A stretch of DNA of 54,136 nt from a virus (lineage: Duplodnaviria; Caudoviricetes). The notes below the pieces were generated by a model. It was not told the origin of the DNA. It worked only from the letters and a program-made list of their open reading frames with translations, and ran no database searches. Made by a program: the position numbers and the translations under genes. Location of the stretch: positions 1 through 54,136 of the IMG/VR virus record IMGVR_UViG_3300006853_000020; one strand, written 5' to 3'. Shown piece after piece: positions 10,144-19,443 of the stretch (position 1 is the stretch's first letter; each line of letters starts with the position of its first letter).

Positions 10144-10443
10144 GTGTATTGCACTTCAAAGATCCCCCACCATCCCCCATCACGGCACCGGCTACACACC
10201 GGGGCCTGAGTCACCACTCGCCATTAGCAGTATCCGCTTCGCCAAAAGTGCATGGGCCGCACATCCCAGTCAGGGGAAGAGTTGGGACTGAGCCACAGAC
10301 AATGCACTCCGTCTGGTAATCTGGGGTAGCGTCAAGTTCTTCAGATTCCAGCGACTCGTTTTCTTTGTGCTTTCGCTTACTCATTGGATCAATCCCTTTA
10401 GCGACAGTTCCCACACCCCCGCCCCCTGCACCGGCAGGGAGGG

Positions 10444-10659
10444 TCAATTCCCAACCGAGCAAACTGGTTGATTATCCTTATCCCGCTGAATCCGGTCATA
10501 CAGTTCCTTTCGCATCGCTCGCATAGTCTGTGAGCCACCGAAACTGAGGATGACTCCACCATGATTCAGACCCGTAACCTTCACGACAAGCAAGGTGTCA
10601 GGCCGAGACACGTCGTATATCACGAGTTCTTCGTTTAGCTTTCGCTTTAGGGATAACAT
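10444..10659 (-). CDS. csrA: CsrA-like translational regulator
   Basis: MLSLKRKLNEELVI...VKV...GVILSF...RKEL follows the CsrA pattern ML.L.RK..E.I.I...V.V....V.LG...R.EL. Confidence 0.7.
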   Translation of the reverse strand: MLSLKRKLNEELVIYDVSRPDTLLVVKVTGLNHGGVILSFGGSQTMRAMRKELYDRIQRDKDNQPVCSVGN

Positions 10660-11657
10660 GCCGAACCTCCGTGGTTTGAAAATCGTTACACACCTTCGAC
10701 TCAAGGTTGCACCTCTTGTGGCACACCTCTCCTGCTTGATTCCAGACGACGCAAACGAGCATTCCGCGATGGATCAGATCATTGACCATTCCCTGGTCGC
10801 CTTGGCTGACCAATAGATTCCCACTGGCTGAGAAGATGTCCTTGGTTGCTGTCAGTCGTTCGTTTGGCTGGAAGAACTTCATGATTCACCTTCACGGGGT
10901 AGGCTGGCGTTTAGGAGCATGGGAGGGGCTCCTTAATTGAGTTCGGCAATGGATTCGGCCAGTGCTTTGCGGCACTCATGCTTTGAAAACCAAGCCTCGT
11001 AGCTTTCAGCAAATGCCTTAGCAGATGATTTCATTTCATCAGACCAACTGCTGTTGCTTGTGTCTCGCTCAGCCCTCAAAATCAACGCCCTTATGGTTGA
11101 TGCTGAGTAGGCGGATAAACCTCGATTGAAAGACCTGATTTCCATCTTGAGTTCTCCTGTTAAGCCGCCACCCCCACCGATTCCGCCAGCCGCTGTGAAG
11201 CTCCTACCGAAGAAGCCAGGCGTTCAGCAGTCAGCCGCACATACCGCTGGCCAAGAAGCATGTAGTCGATCATTGCGCATCGGTCAGGAATATTCCGATA
11301 GTCCGTGTTGATAATCAGTTGCTCTTCTTCGACGAAGGCCTTGGCTAGATCTGGGTGGTGCTTTCGCATGTGGCCGAGGATCGAGGCGGTTGAGAGGGTC
11401 ATTGTTTAAGACTCCCAGGGTTGATTGTTCTTGGCTGCATCAATAGCCGTTTCGACAGCTAGATGAGTGTCCACACCAAAGCGACCTGCCAAATATCGTG
11501 GATCATGTTGCGCAGAAAATTCAGCAGCCATGTCAGCGGCACCAAACTCGTAATCCTGCTCACATTGCTTTGAGCAAAAATCACTACCACATGACGCATT
11601 ACACATGATGCAGTAGCCATCCCACGGATTGGTGATGGGGGTCATTGGGTGGGCTCC

Positions 11658-11897
11658 TTAAAGAGATGGCTTCTCAACCTCAACAGGGTCGATCAGCCCT
11701 TTCCTAACACAGGCAATCATCAGCCTGCCAAATCGTTCAGTGTGGCGTGCGTGGGCAATCGTGGGATGGTCCATGATGCCCACAAAGATTTCTTTAGGCT
11801 CGATTGGCTTGTGGCGCTCATTGAACAGATCAGCATGCATGGCCACAATGTTGGCCTTGGTGATCGTGTTCTTTCGCCGAATCGCAGTAGCTGGCAT
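11658..11897 (-). CDS. Hypothetical early protein
   Basis: ORF with GAGGAG RBS within the early operon. Confidence 0.55.
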   Translation of the reverse strand: MPATAIRRKNTITKANIVAMHADLFNERHKPIEPKEIFVGIMDHPTIAHARHTERFGRLMIACVRKGLIDPVEVEKPSL

Positions 11898-12967
11898 CTC
11901 TCAACTCCTCCTCACCCACCCCACCTGAACCGTTCGGTCGGGTGGTTAAGATGATTTTGGTTGGTTCTCGTAATACAAAACCTTGCCAATCAGCCATGCG
12001 TTTTGATCTTGAAGTTGCCTGATGTAATGCATTAGATGCCGATGACTCGATTGATGGTAAACGACACATGGTGAGTCAGATTGAAAGCCAACTCTTCGTT
12101 TCAATTTGACTGGGACCAATATTGGCTCGTCGATTGGCTTCATGAGGTCAAATTTTCGTTTACTCAGAACCATGTCTCTTCTTCCTGTTAACTCCCCTAA
12201 TCACTCGCCCCGCCGAACCGTTCAGACAGGGATTCACTTCTATCTCAGTTGGCTACTCACGCTTAGAAGCCAATTCCTCGTCTTTTTCATTCAGGTACTC
12301 ACCTGCTGTTGCGAGGAACTCGTTCCAGTCAGGAGCGTCAAGCTCTCTTGCTGCGTTGTCGATAGCGGTCTTGACTGCGTTCTCATGCTCTTGCAGTTTC
12401 ATGTTTCCTCCTCACAGCTTTAAGAGGATCGGGCTTGAATGGTCTTTGAGCTAGCAAGCGCACACATTGCGTTCGCCGCATTGCAGGCAGCCTGTGAATA
12501 CTTCATCGCTTCATCAGCCGATTTCGCTTCACTGGCCTTCTTGATCAATTCCTCAACTTGCTTTTCCATTGGGTTCTAACTCCAAAAGAAGATCACCTTC
12601 CAGAACCACCCGCCCCATCTAGACCGTCCAGGTGGGGCGAGTGGGTTTCTCTGACTGATTGGTTAGGATGCTTTCCTTGTTGCTTGGTACTGGGGAATAG
12701 CTCGATAAGCTTGCCCCCGTTGGTGTCGATATTTGCGGGCCTGCGCTGCAGTTGTTTGGACGTCAGCGATAGAGCAGCATGCCCGAAACTGGACATCAGT
12801 AGCAGCGAATGAAGCGTTGGTGATTGCCGGGAAGGAAGGCTGACTAGGAACGTATCCTTTGTACTTTGCTTCCCATTGTGGACTTGGTCTTGGCATCTTG
12901 TTTCCCTTTCAGGCTTAGCCTTCCGTTGGGTCGTATAACACTGTTGCTTCTTGCATTGCTGCTGTCA

Positions 12968-13030
12968 CTACAGTATACTGTAGATACAGTACAATACTGT
13001 CACGACAGCATACTGTCAAGACAGTATGGC
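12968..13030. promoter_or_regulatory. Cluster of repressor operators (consensus ACAGTA..TACTGT)
   Basis: Perfect 16-bp palindrome CTACAGTATACTGTAG 12968-12983; ACAGTAcaaTACTGT 12986-13000; GACAGcataCTGTC 13004-13017; half-site 13020-13027. Confidence 0.8.
12991..13019 (-). promoter_or_regulatory. Sigma70-type leftward early promoter
   Basis: TTGACA (13019-13014), 17 nt, TATTGT (12996-12991); overlapped by the operators. Confidence 0.8.
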
Positions 13031-13073
13031 AATTTTTTCAAATAAACCGAACCTATGGGGGTAGTAACCCTTT

Positions 13074-13337
13074 ATGACTGTGGATTGCTTGATGACATAT
13101 GGCGAGAAGCTCAGTGAGCTCATGGAGATCAAGGGCTTTACCGCTAGATCGCTTTCTGAAGCCACGAATGGCGAAGTTGCAGTAGGAACAATCAACCAGA
13201 TAAAGCAGGATTTGGCGAAGGCACCGAATGCCCATACGCTCGCGCAACTTTGCGTTGCGCTTGATGTTCCTATGGATGAATTTAAGGGGCTCGAGCTGGC
13301 TCCTGGTCGTCGAACGCGGAAGAAGAAAAAGAAGTAG
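13074..13337 (+). CDS. XRE-family HTH repressor (cI-like, no peptidase domain)
   Basis: GEKLSELME.KGFT...LSE...TINQI...P....L..LC.ALDV; divergent from the early operon across the operators. Confidence 0.8.
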   Translation: MTVDCLMTYGEKLSELMEIKGFTARSLSEATNGEVAVGTINQIKQDLAKAPNAHTLAQLCVALDVPMDEFKGLELAPGRRTRKKKKK

Positions 13338-13459
13338 CTGTTCATCCGTCACTCTCCCCTTAATCCCTCATCCATGATGTCGCTTTGCAAACAAATCCGT
13401 GTTACTCTCTTCATCATCCACGATACCGCATGTATCAGTGTGGCTCTTAACTCTACCGG

Positions 13460-13651
13460 TTACCGGGTCTTGGGCTCAAACCGCTCCCTCACCTCAGCCA
13501 GGCTGATGCACTTCCCATTAGCCCGATAGAATGTGATGTGCCCTTTGGCTTTCCAACGGATCAGGATGATCGGCGTGATCTTCTTCTTGAGTAGGTTGGA
13601 AATCAGTGTCGCGGCTTCATGGATGGTGATCAGATCGTCCGGTAACTGCAT
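13460..13651 (-). CDS. Excisionase-like HTH protein (start MQLPDD)
   Basis: DLITIHEAA...RW.AKG.I...ISLAEV, MerR/HTH_17-like. Confidence 0.65.
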   Translation of the reverse strand: MQLPDDLITIHEAATLISNLLKKKITPIILIRWKAKGHITFYRANGKCISLAEVRERFEPKTR

Positions 13652-13675
13652 CGTTTTTGCCCCTTGGGGGAGCAA

Positions 13676-13740
13676 ATTTTAGCAAACGGGGTTTCCAAAC
13701 TGGGCAGATTAAGGGAAGAATAAGGGCAGGTTTTGGGAAA
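13676..13740 (-). promoter_or_regulatory. Four 11-bp-phased boxes plus extended -10 (copy 1)
   Basis: Boxes at 13735, 13724, 13713, 13702; TG-C-TAAAAT 20 nt after the last box. Confidence 0.65.
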
Positions 13741-14229
13741 CTTTGGGAGGTATGATCATGGCAGCTATTCAGGATTTCATGGGTTCACGTTCGATTCAAA
13801 AGGCTATGTGCCAGAGATGTTTTTCGCGTTATCCCCTAGAATCATTAAGCGGTAGTATTGGTCAGCTTCCCCGATGCAGCAGCTGCAACGGCTACTTGGT
13901 TAAGATCGAAGAGTTCTCGTGCGGGGCAGTCATGATATGGTCTGGTGCGCCAACTGATTTCGAGGAGAAAACGAGTGCTGTGCCTGCTGACTCTCTTGGA
14001 CAATGACCCACTAACCTGGGTGACTGCCATGAACCTTGCTGATCTGAGGCGGTTCCTTCCGGCCCAGATGCAGCAGCTAATCGGTGCGGAACTTGTTCGT
14101 ATGTCTGCACCGGGAACAGGGAAGTATCTGTGGGATGTGGCTATTGGCCGATTCGTGCTTGTTTCTAAGGTTAACTATGCTCAGGGTGTTGAGCAGGTGA
14201 TCTTGCTGGTGAACTGAGGAGAATGTCAG

Positions 14230-14454
14230 ATGAAGATTATCGGGCAGTTGGTCGGAGGGCCTTGTGATGGAGTCGAGATCGATGTTGATCCCAGCGATGA
14301 CTATCCAGATACAGTAGAGGCTTCAGGAACGGACCACGATGAAGTCATCACTTATTACAGACGCCCCATCAAAGGAATGCTGGTCAATAAGCCGAATGCC
14401 ATCAAGAAGGGTATTGGCTATATTTATTTCGACGATCAAGAGGCAGATGAGTAA
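14230..14454 (+). CDS. Hypothetical protein
   Basis: LVGGPCDG motif common in small phage proteins; GAGGAG RBS. Confidence 0.6.
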   Translation: MKIIGQLVGGPCDGVEIDVDPSDDYPDTVEASGTDHDEVITYYRRPIKGMLVNKPNAIKKGIGYIYFDDQEADE

Positions 14455-14462
14455 TCAAGCTA

Positions 14463-14906
14463 TCAAATCACCTGAACACTCAGCCAGTAAATCCCCCGGT
14501 TCTTCCGTTTGATCTTGTTGGCCTTCTCAATTGCCAGTTCCTCGTCGGATACCTCTTCGTAGCGGATCATGGTTCCCCAGGCTTCGTGGCCTTGGAAGAT
14601 GACTGACAGCTTGTCGCTGACCATACCAGCAGCTTCCAGGAGGGCAGCGGATCCCATCTGCGGGGTGCCATTCTCCCACGCTTTCCACAGTGGCTTGATT
14701 ACCCTGGATTGGGCAATCGAGAACTCGTACGCGGTCCCGAGCCAGTTCACGCTCCGAAAGTCCGGTGAGTGACGGCAGGGGGAGAGTCGCTCGATAATCT
14801 TCGCAAGAGAAGCGGATCGGAGAAAAGGATAATGCTTGTCCACAAACTGTGCTACGTGGAGAACAGCACGGTATGCGACCACCTTCCGTGGGATGGCTGC
14901 GGACAT
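14463..14906 (-). CDS. Putative winged-helix transcription regulator
   Basis: HSPDFRSVNW.G..Y.F...Q..V...LW.AWE.G pattern resembles an OmpR-like wHTH effector domain; located next to xis/int. Confidence 0.5.
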   Translation of the reverse strand: MSAAIPRKVVAYRAVLHVAQFVDKHYPFLRSASLAKIIERLSPCRHSPDFRSVNWLGTAYEFSIAQSRVIKPLWKAWENGTPQMGSAALLEAAGMVSDKLSVIFQGHEAWGTMIRYEEVSDEELAIEKANKIKRKNRGIYWLSVQVI

Positions 14907-15193
14907 GGGAAATTGCTCAGTATCTGTGTCATCCTAGAGGCCCCAGGGTGTGGGATGAGTTGGGAAATAAAACTACACATCCTTGCGTCCGAGCGAAAAT
15001 CGCCTTGTGAGGATACCAAACTTGGTCAACCGTTAAAAGTAAAAATCGTCACAATTGGCGACTTGGGGTTAATGAGTTTGAGGGGTGGGAAAGATTTGAT
15101 AGCCCGAGACGACGACGTCGAAAACGCCTTGTTTTTCTCTCATAAAGTCAAAAACGACTATAAAAGTGCCCGGGACTTTCTTGAGGCGACGAC

Positions 15194-15258
15194 ATTCCCG
15201 AAAACTGCCCCAAATCTTCCCTTAAACTGCCCTGAAAATCTGGCCGGGTTGGTAGAGT
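15194..15258 (+). promoter_or_regulatory. Four 11-bp-phased boxes plus extended -10 (copy 2)
   Basis: ATTCCC 15194, CTGCCC 15205, CTTCCC 15216, CTGCCC 15227; TG-G-TAGAGT 20 nt after the last box. Confidence 0.65.
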
Positions 15259-15288
15259 GCTGGCCCCTTAACCTGGAGCTAGCCTCAG

Positions 15289-15480
15289 ATGACCTACACG
15301 AAGATCCAACTGGCAACACTGCTCAACATCTCCACCACCACGATTCAGCGGCTAGCTTCCTCTGGGGCTATTCCTGGCAGGATCAGCACCAGGCCTGCTC
15401 TGTGGTCGAAGGCCAAGGTGGATGCCTGGGTATCCAAAGGGGGGCCGAATCTGCTGAGTGCGAAGATTGCTGCCAAGTGA
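15289..15480 (+). CDS. AlpA/excisionase-like HTH protein
   Basis: LATLLNISTTTI.RL...G.IP...WS...V.AW; immediately upstream of the integrase. Confidence 0.8.
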   Translation: MTYTKIQLATLLNISTTTIQRLASSGAIPGRISTRPALWSKAKVDAWVSKGGPNLLSAKIAAK

Positions 15481-15482
15481 AC

Positions 15483-15523
15483 GCGCCCTATTGCGCCTAA
15501 ATACGCCTAAATAGCGCCCCTAT
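15483..15523. repeat. Four ~10-bp tandem repeats (CGCCTAAATA-like) between xis and int
   Basis: gcgccctatt / gcgcctaaat / acgcctaaat / agcgccccta. Confidence 0.6.
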
Positions 15524-15579
15524 CTAGCCTGCAATTTTCTGGCCTTGCACGAATCATCGTCTTTCGCCATACCCCCGCA

Positions 15580-16656
15580 ATGGCCTATCTCTACAGGGTT
15601 AAAAAGGCTGGGTACGAATCGCCCAAGTGGTACGGCCGGTGGAAGGACTCTGCCGGCCAATGGCGATCTATGGCCCTGAGCAAGCACAAGGCCACAGCGC
15701 AAAAGATGTTGTCGGCGCTGTCGATCAATCAGGAGCTTGAGACTGTCGGCATTGGCCGGAACAAGATCACGCTCGATCAACTGGTGCTCAAGTTCCGGGA
15801 ATCGATCGCTTCAGCCAGCACCCCGGACTATGCCAAACTCATTCATGGCCGGGTGCATCGAACGATCGCGCATCTCCATATCGGCAGGCCCGAGCAGATC
15901 AACGCGGCCAACACTCAGATTGCGGTTGCCGAACTCACTAATTCCCTGCGGACCAGGAACCACTATGCAGCGGCTATCAAGCAGTTCTGCCGGTGGCTGG
16001 TGGATAATGGTTACTCAAGGAAGAACCCGGTGGCTGGTCTGAAGCCTGCCAAGGCCGATGCAGACAAGAGGTATGTGCGACGGGCTCTCACCCGGGAAGA
16101 GTGGGCAAGGCTCTCAGAAGCCACCCGGGGTAGCCCGGCTCAATTCAGGGGACTAACCGGGGTAGACCGGCTGGCACTCTACCAGGTCGTAATGGCCACA
16201 GGCTGGAGGGCAGGGGGGTTGGCTCAACTTCGGGTGGGAGACTTCTATCCCGATGGGTTGGTGATTCTCCAAGCGAAATATTCCAAGAACCGAAAAGAGC
16301 AGCGGAAGTTTTTACCCCCGACGCTCACTAAGGTGATGCAGAAGTATTTGCAGGATCGGAAGCCACAGGAGCATGCCTGGCCAGGCACCTGGGCCCAAGA
16401 CGCGGCTGAGATGTTGCGAGTGGATCTGAAGGCGGCTGGCATTGCTCACAAGAACGAAGAAGGTATCCTTGACTTCCACTCGTTCCGCAACACATCGATT
16501 ACCTGGCTCTTGGAAGCTGGCACCCCGATTTATCTGGTGCAGAAGCATGCTGACCATGCGAATCCGGCGCAGACGATGCGCTATGCGAGGCCATCGCGGG
16601 GGACGCTGGACAAGGCGGTGGAAGATGTGTTTTCGGGGACGGTTGGAACTGGTTAA
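15580..16656 (+). CDS. int: Tyrosine recombinase / phage integrase
   Basis: TGWR (R), SKN (K), DFHSFR (HxxR), ADH, TMRY (Y); N-terminal arm-binding-like domain. Confidence 0.93.
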   Translation: MAYLYRVKKAGYESPKWYGRWKDSAGQWRSMALSKHKATAQKMLSALSINQELETVGIGRNKITLDQLVLKFRESIASASTPDYAKLIHGRVHRTIAHLHIGRPEQINAANTQIAVAELTNSLRTRNHYAAAIKQFCRWLVDNGYSRKNPVAGLKPAKADADKRYVRRALTREEWARLSEATRGSPAQFRGLTGVDRLALYQVVMATGWRAGGLAQLRVGDFYPDGLVILQAKYSKNRKEQRKFLPPTLTKVMQKYLQDRKPQEHAWPGTWAQDAAEMLRVDLKAAGIAHKNEEGILDFHSFRNTSITWLLEAGTPIYLVQKHADHANPAQTMRYARPSRGTLDKAVEDVFSGTVGTG

Positions 16657-17213
16657 GGTTTAACTTCATCTCCGAACTGATCCCATCCTGCTCTCGGAAA
16701 GCGAGCGAACATTTCCAGATAAGGCCCCGGGCTACATGCTTCAACAATGCCATAAATCTCATCTGGCTTGCGGGAATGCTCTCGTTTGCGAGTGGCAAGC
16801 ATATTAACTTGCCTCCTGCCAGCAGCGCCAGTTCGTACCGATCCCTTAACGCCGAACAAGATAGCCTCAGTCACGTTGCGGAAGTAGAAGCCAACGCCGC
16901 GTCCGTCTGGCCCACCATCTTTCCTGATTTTGAACCACGTCAGCATGGTTTTATATTGGAAACCCCAGCACTCCATGACTCTCAACCCGTCTGGGATCAA
17001 GGCATTTGGAACCCATAGATACAGGTGACTTTTTGCAGCAGCATGATTCGCTACCGGCAAATCACAAATATCGAGCAATCCCATCGTTTGATAACGCTTC
17101 AGCCTTTTGTGCTCTGGCGCAACCTTTCCAGTCCTATTGGCGAACTGCCAAGGCGGATCAGCCATGATAGTTGAGTAGGTTCCAGTCACGCCGTTCAGTT
17201 GGGTATTCTTCAT
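16653..17213 (-). CDS. MT-A70 family N6-adenine methyltransferase (start MKNTQ)
   Basis: ADPPW, LYLWVPN, WGFQYK, GFYFRNVTE, REHSRKP, YLEMFAR. Confidence 0.9.
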   Translation of the reverse strand: MKNTQLNGVTGTYSTIMADPPWQFANRTGKVAPEHKRLKRYQTMGLLDICDLPVANHAAAKSHLYLWVPNALIPDGLRVMECWGFQYKTMLTWFKIRKDGGPDGRGVGFYFRNVTEAILFGVKGSVRTGAAGRRQVNMLATRKREHSRKPDEIYGIVEACSPGPYLEMFARFPRAGWDQFGDEVKP

Positions 17214-17217
17214 TTCG

Positions 17218-17406
17218 TTACTCCGGCCAAACATCCGCAATCCACTTCTTGAAAAACCTGGCGATCTTCCGGGCTGTTGATAGTTGCACTTCGGCACCAC
17301 GCTCGAGGCGAGCCAGTGTTGAATGTGGGATGCCTGTCTTGGCAGACAGTTCTCGCAGGGAGAGCTTGCTGGCTTTGCGGATGTGGCGGAGGTGGCATTT
17401 CATCAT
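17218..17406 (-). CDS. XRE/Cro-like HTH protein
   Basis: LRHIRK...LSLRELS.KTGI..STLARLERG...TARKIARFF. Confidence 0.85.
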   Translation of the reverse strand: MMKCHLRHIRKASKLSLRELSAKTGIPHSTLARLERGAEVQLSTARKIARFFKKWIADVWPE

Positions 17407-17957
17407 TCATCCCAATAGCTGATTTCGCTTTGGTATGCTTCAGTTGGAGAAAGACCGTCCCAATAGCTATCAATCCAGCAGTCCAACCCAGTGTCTTTTG
17501 TGTATGACCCGTCGTAGGCATGCTGATCAAAGAGGCTGTCAACCCGGCAGCACCAGCCCCGAAAGAATGGACTTATTAAGGTGACACACCTCGCAGTCGC
17601 ATACAAGAAAGCATCGAGCCAGAGCCACGATACCCAAGATTTTCCCCAGCCATGAGACTTGGAGAAGTGCCGATGCTTGTAATAATTGATCCACGTATTC
17701 ATCGTCGCCGCCTCCGGTTAGTTGCATGCACCACATTGACACGGGTCACTTTGACAAAGATGGCAGCCACTTGATTTTTTTACATGCTCTGGATTACAGG
17801 GTTGCTCCAGTACTCTTTGCACGATCACATTTTCATGAAAGGTGATGGCGACCGAACTGCACTGATTGCACACAATCTCCTGAATAGGTTCGTGTGCAAA
17901 TCGGTGTTCGGTTGCTGCTTCACAAGTCCTGCAGTACGCTTTCATCGTCGCCTCCGG

Positions 17958-18134
17958 TTAGGGTTGTGGAATTGGCTTATTGCATGGTTCCTTGTTGAGC
18001 TTGTCCCAGTGAACAGGGCAATAGTAAACGAACTTGCTGCCGTCCCACACTTGCCCCCACGGCAATGGAATGTCGCCGAAGAATCCTTCCTTGACTTGTT
18101 CTTCGCAGTATTCACATTTATGAGTCTCACGCAT
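17958..18134 (-). CDS. Small Cys-rich protein, 58 aa (MRETHKCEYC...YCPVHW...), not in the ORF track
   Basis: Translated by hand; its TAA abuts the CCGGAGG RBS of the next gene. Confidence 0.6.
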   Translation of the reverse strand: MRETHKCEYCEEQVKEGFFGDIPLPWGQVWDGSKFVYYCPVHWDKLNKEPCNKPIPQP

Positions 18135-18185
18135 GCTTCACCGTCCGGTAATAGGGGATTATGTCTCATCGCTATACTTCGCAGT

Positions 18186-18647
18186 CTACCTGCTTACCCA
18201 AATGTGTTCCGCTGATCGCAAGGCACAGCAGTGAGATTCCATGAGCCAGTGAATTATTACTTCAGCATCCTCTCTTCTGGAGAACCTGATCGCATCATCG
18301 ATCTTGGGTGTGAATCCACGATTGTCTGTGTGTCTGCCCATCCAGTAGGTTTGGTTTGCCGTCTCTATGAGCCACGCCTTTTCTTCTTGACCAATCTTCG
18401 GTGCCGAATAGGACGCATACTCAACAGCTTGCCTTAGTTGCTCAAACTCATAACGAGCAAACACCCTATCTGTTTCCTCGCCCAGTTTTGCATCAATTGG
18501 AACATCATCAATTAGCTTCAGTAGGCCGGTAGCCGCTGTCGAAAGAACAGCGATCTTTGATTCAAGCCCCATCTCTTTCTGGGACTTGGCTCCTGTGATA
18601 TTTGATAGCTCCAAATAGAGCCGATCAAGTGTTTCGGTTCTGCTCAT
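18186..18647 (-). CDS. Hypothetical protein
   Basis: GGAGG RBS; AWLIE...DAIRFSRREDAE...EHIW domain typical of phage accessory genes. Confidence 0.65.
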   Translation of the reverse strand: MSRTETLDRLYLELSNITGAKSQKEMGLESKIAVLSTAATGLLKLIDDVPIDAKLGEETDRVFARYEFEQLRQAVEYASYSAPKIGQEEKAWLIETANQTYWMGRHTDNRGFTPKIDDAIRFSRREDAEVIIHWLMESHCCALRSAEHIWVSR

Positions 18648-19170
18648 TCTTTACCTCCGGTTATGGCTCAAAATCTTCCTTGGTCGCTCTCAGCGAGCTT
18701 CTAAGGATACTGCTCCGATTCACAACGAAACCCATCCACTCATGCGGAACAAGTTCGGCGTCCGCAAGAGTCATGCACTCCGCGTAGATTGCTCTATGCC
18801 CTTGCACCGTAAACACCCTTACCCCAAGAATGCCACGGTCGGAGAGGCTTCTTCTTAAGTCGTCGATAGCTCTTGTTCGCATGCTTTCCATGACATCACG
18901 TCTGATAACCGTTGGTATGTTTCATCGCTGCCTTGCGCAGGCTTCCTAGGTTGTTGCCGATTTGTGACGCATCAGCGAGCTTTGCGGCACTGCCACCTTC
19001 TTGCCGCCGATCAGTTCTACTTGTGCCATTGCGTTTATCGATGGTGATGCTTCACGCAGGTCAATAATTACACCGTGCTTGTTTGCCATTCCTTTGTCCA
19101 CCATGTCGGTGGTCTGCATGATCCGAACGCTGTCGCCGATTTTGAACTTGGGAATCGTGTCGCTCATGAT

Positions 19171-19389
19171 TCATCCTCCTTGCGTTGGCTTGTATGTAAA
19201 CCCAATTCTGTCTGCGTATTCAAGGAGTTTGCGTAGCACCTCTGGCTCTAGAGCGATGCTGTCTTGAACGGATTCCCCATTACTTGCATTGAGCCACAGA
19301 CATCCGCAGGAATAGAACACATAGACACCATCGCCTATGTAGTCAGTGGTCTTGTTCTTTCTCAGTTCGTTCATAGTGACCATTGTCAT
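19171..19389 (-). CDS. Hypothetical protein, first gene of the accessory operon
   Basis: YIGDGVYV...IALEPEV phage motif; GGAGGAG RBS. Confidence 0.65.
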   Translation of the reverse strand: MTMVTMNELRKNKTTDYIGDGVYVFYSCGCLWLNASNGESVQDSIALEPEVLRKLLEYADRIGFTYKPTQGG

Positions 19390-19410
19390 TGATTACTCCT
19401 CCAGATCCTC

Positions 19411-19439
19411 ACTGTACCAATTCTGAAACACCAGTTCAA
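19411..19439 (-). promoter_or_regulatory. Sigma70-type promoter of the accessory operon
   Basis: TTGAAC, 17 nt, TACAGT with extended TG. Confidence 0.6.
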
Positions 19440-19443
19440 CACT

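Noticed and set aside
13702-15232. Invertible segment bounded by inverted repeats near the integrase
   Set aside because: The repeats are imperfect, built of phased direct boxes, and each is followed at identical spacing by an extended -10, so a regulatory role fits better; not fully excluded without reads
14769-15500. 243-aa + strand ORF
   Set aside because: Overlaps two better-supported genes and a promoter element; no protein motifs
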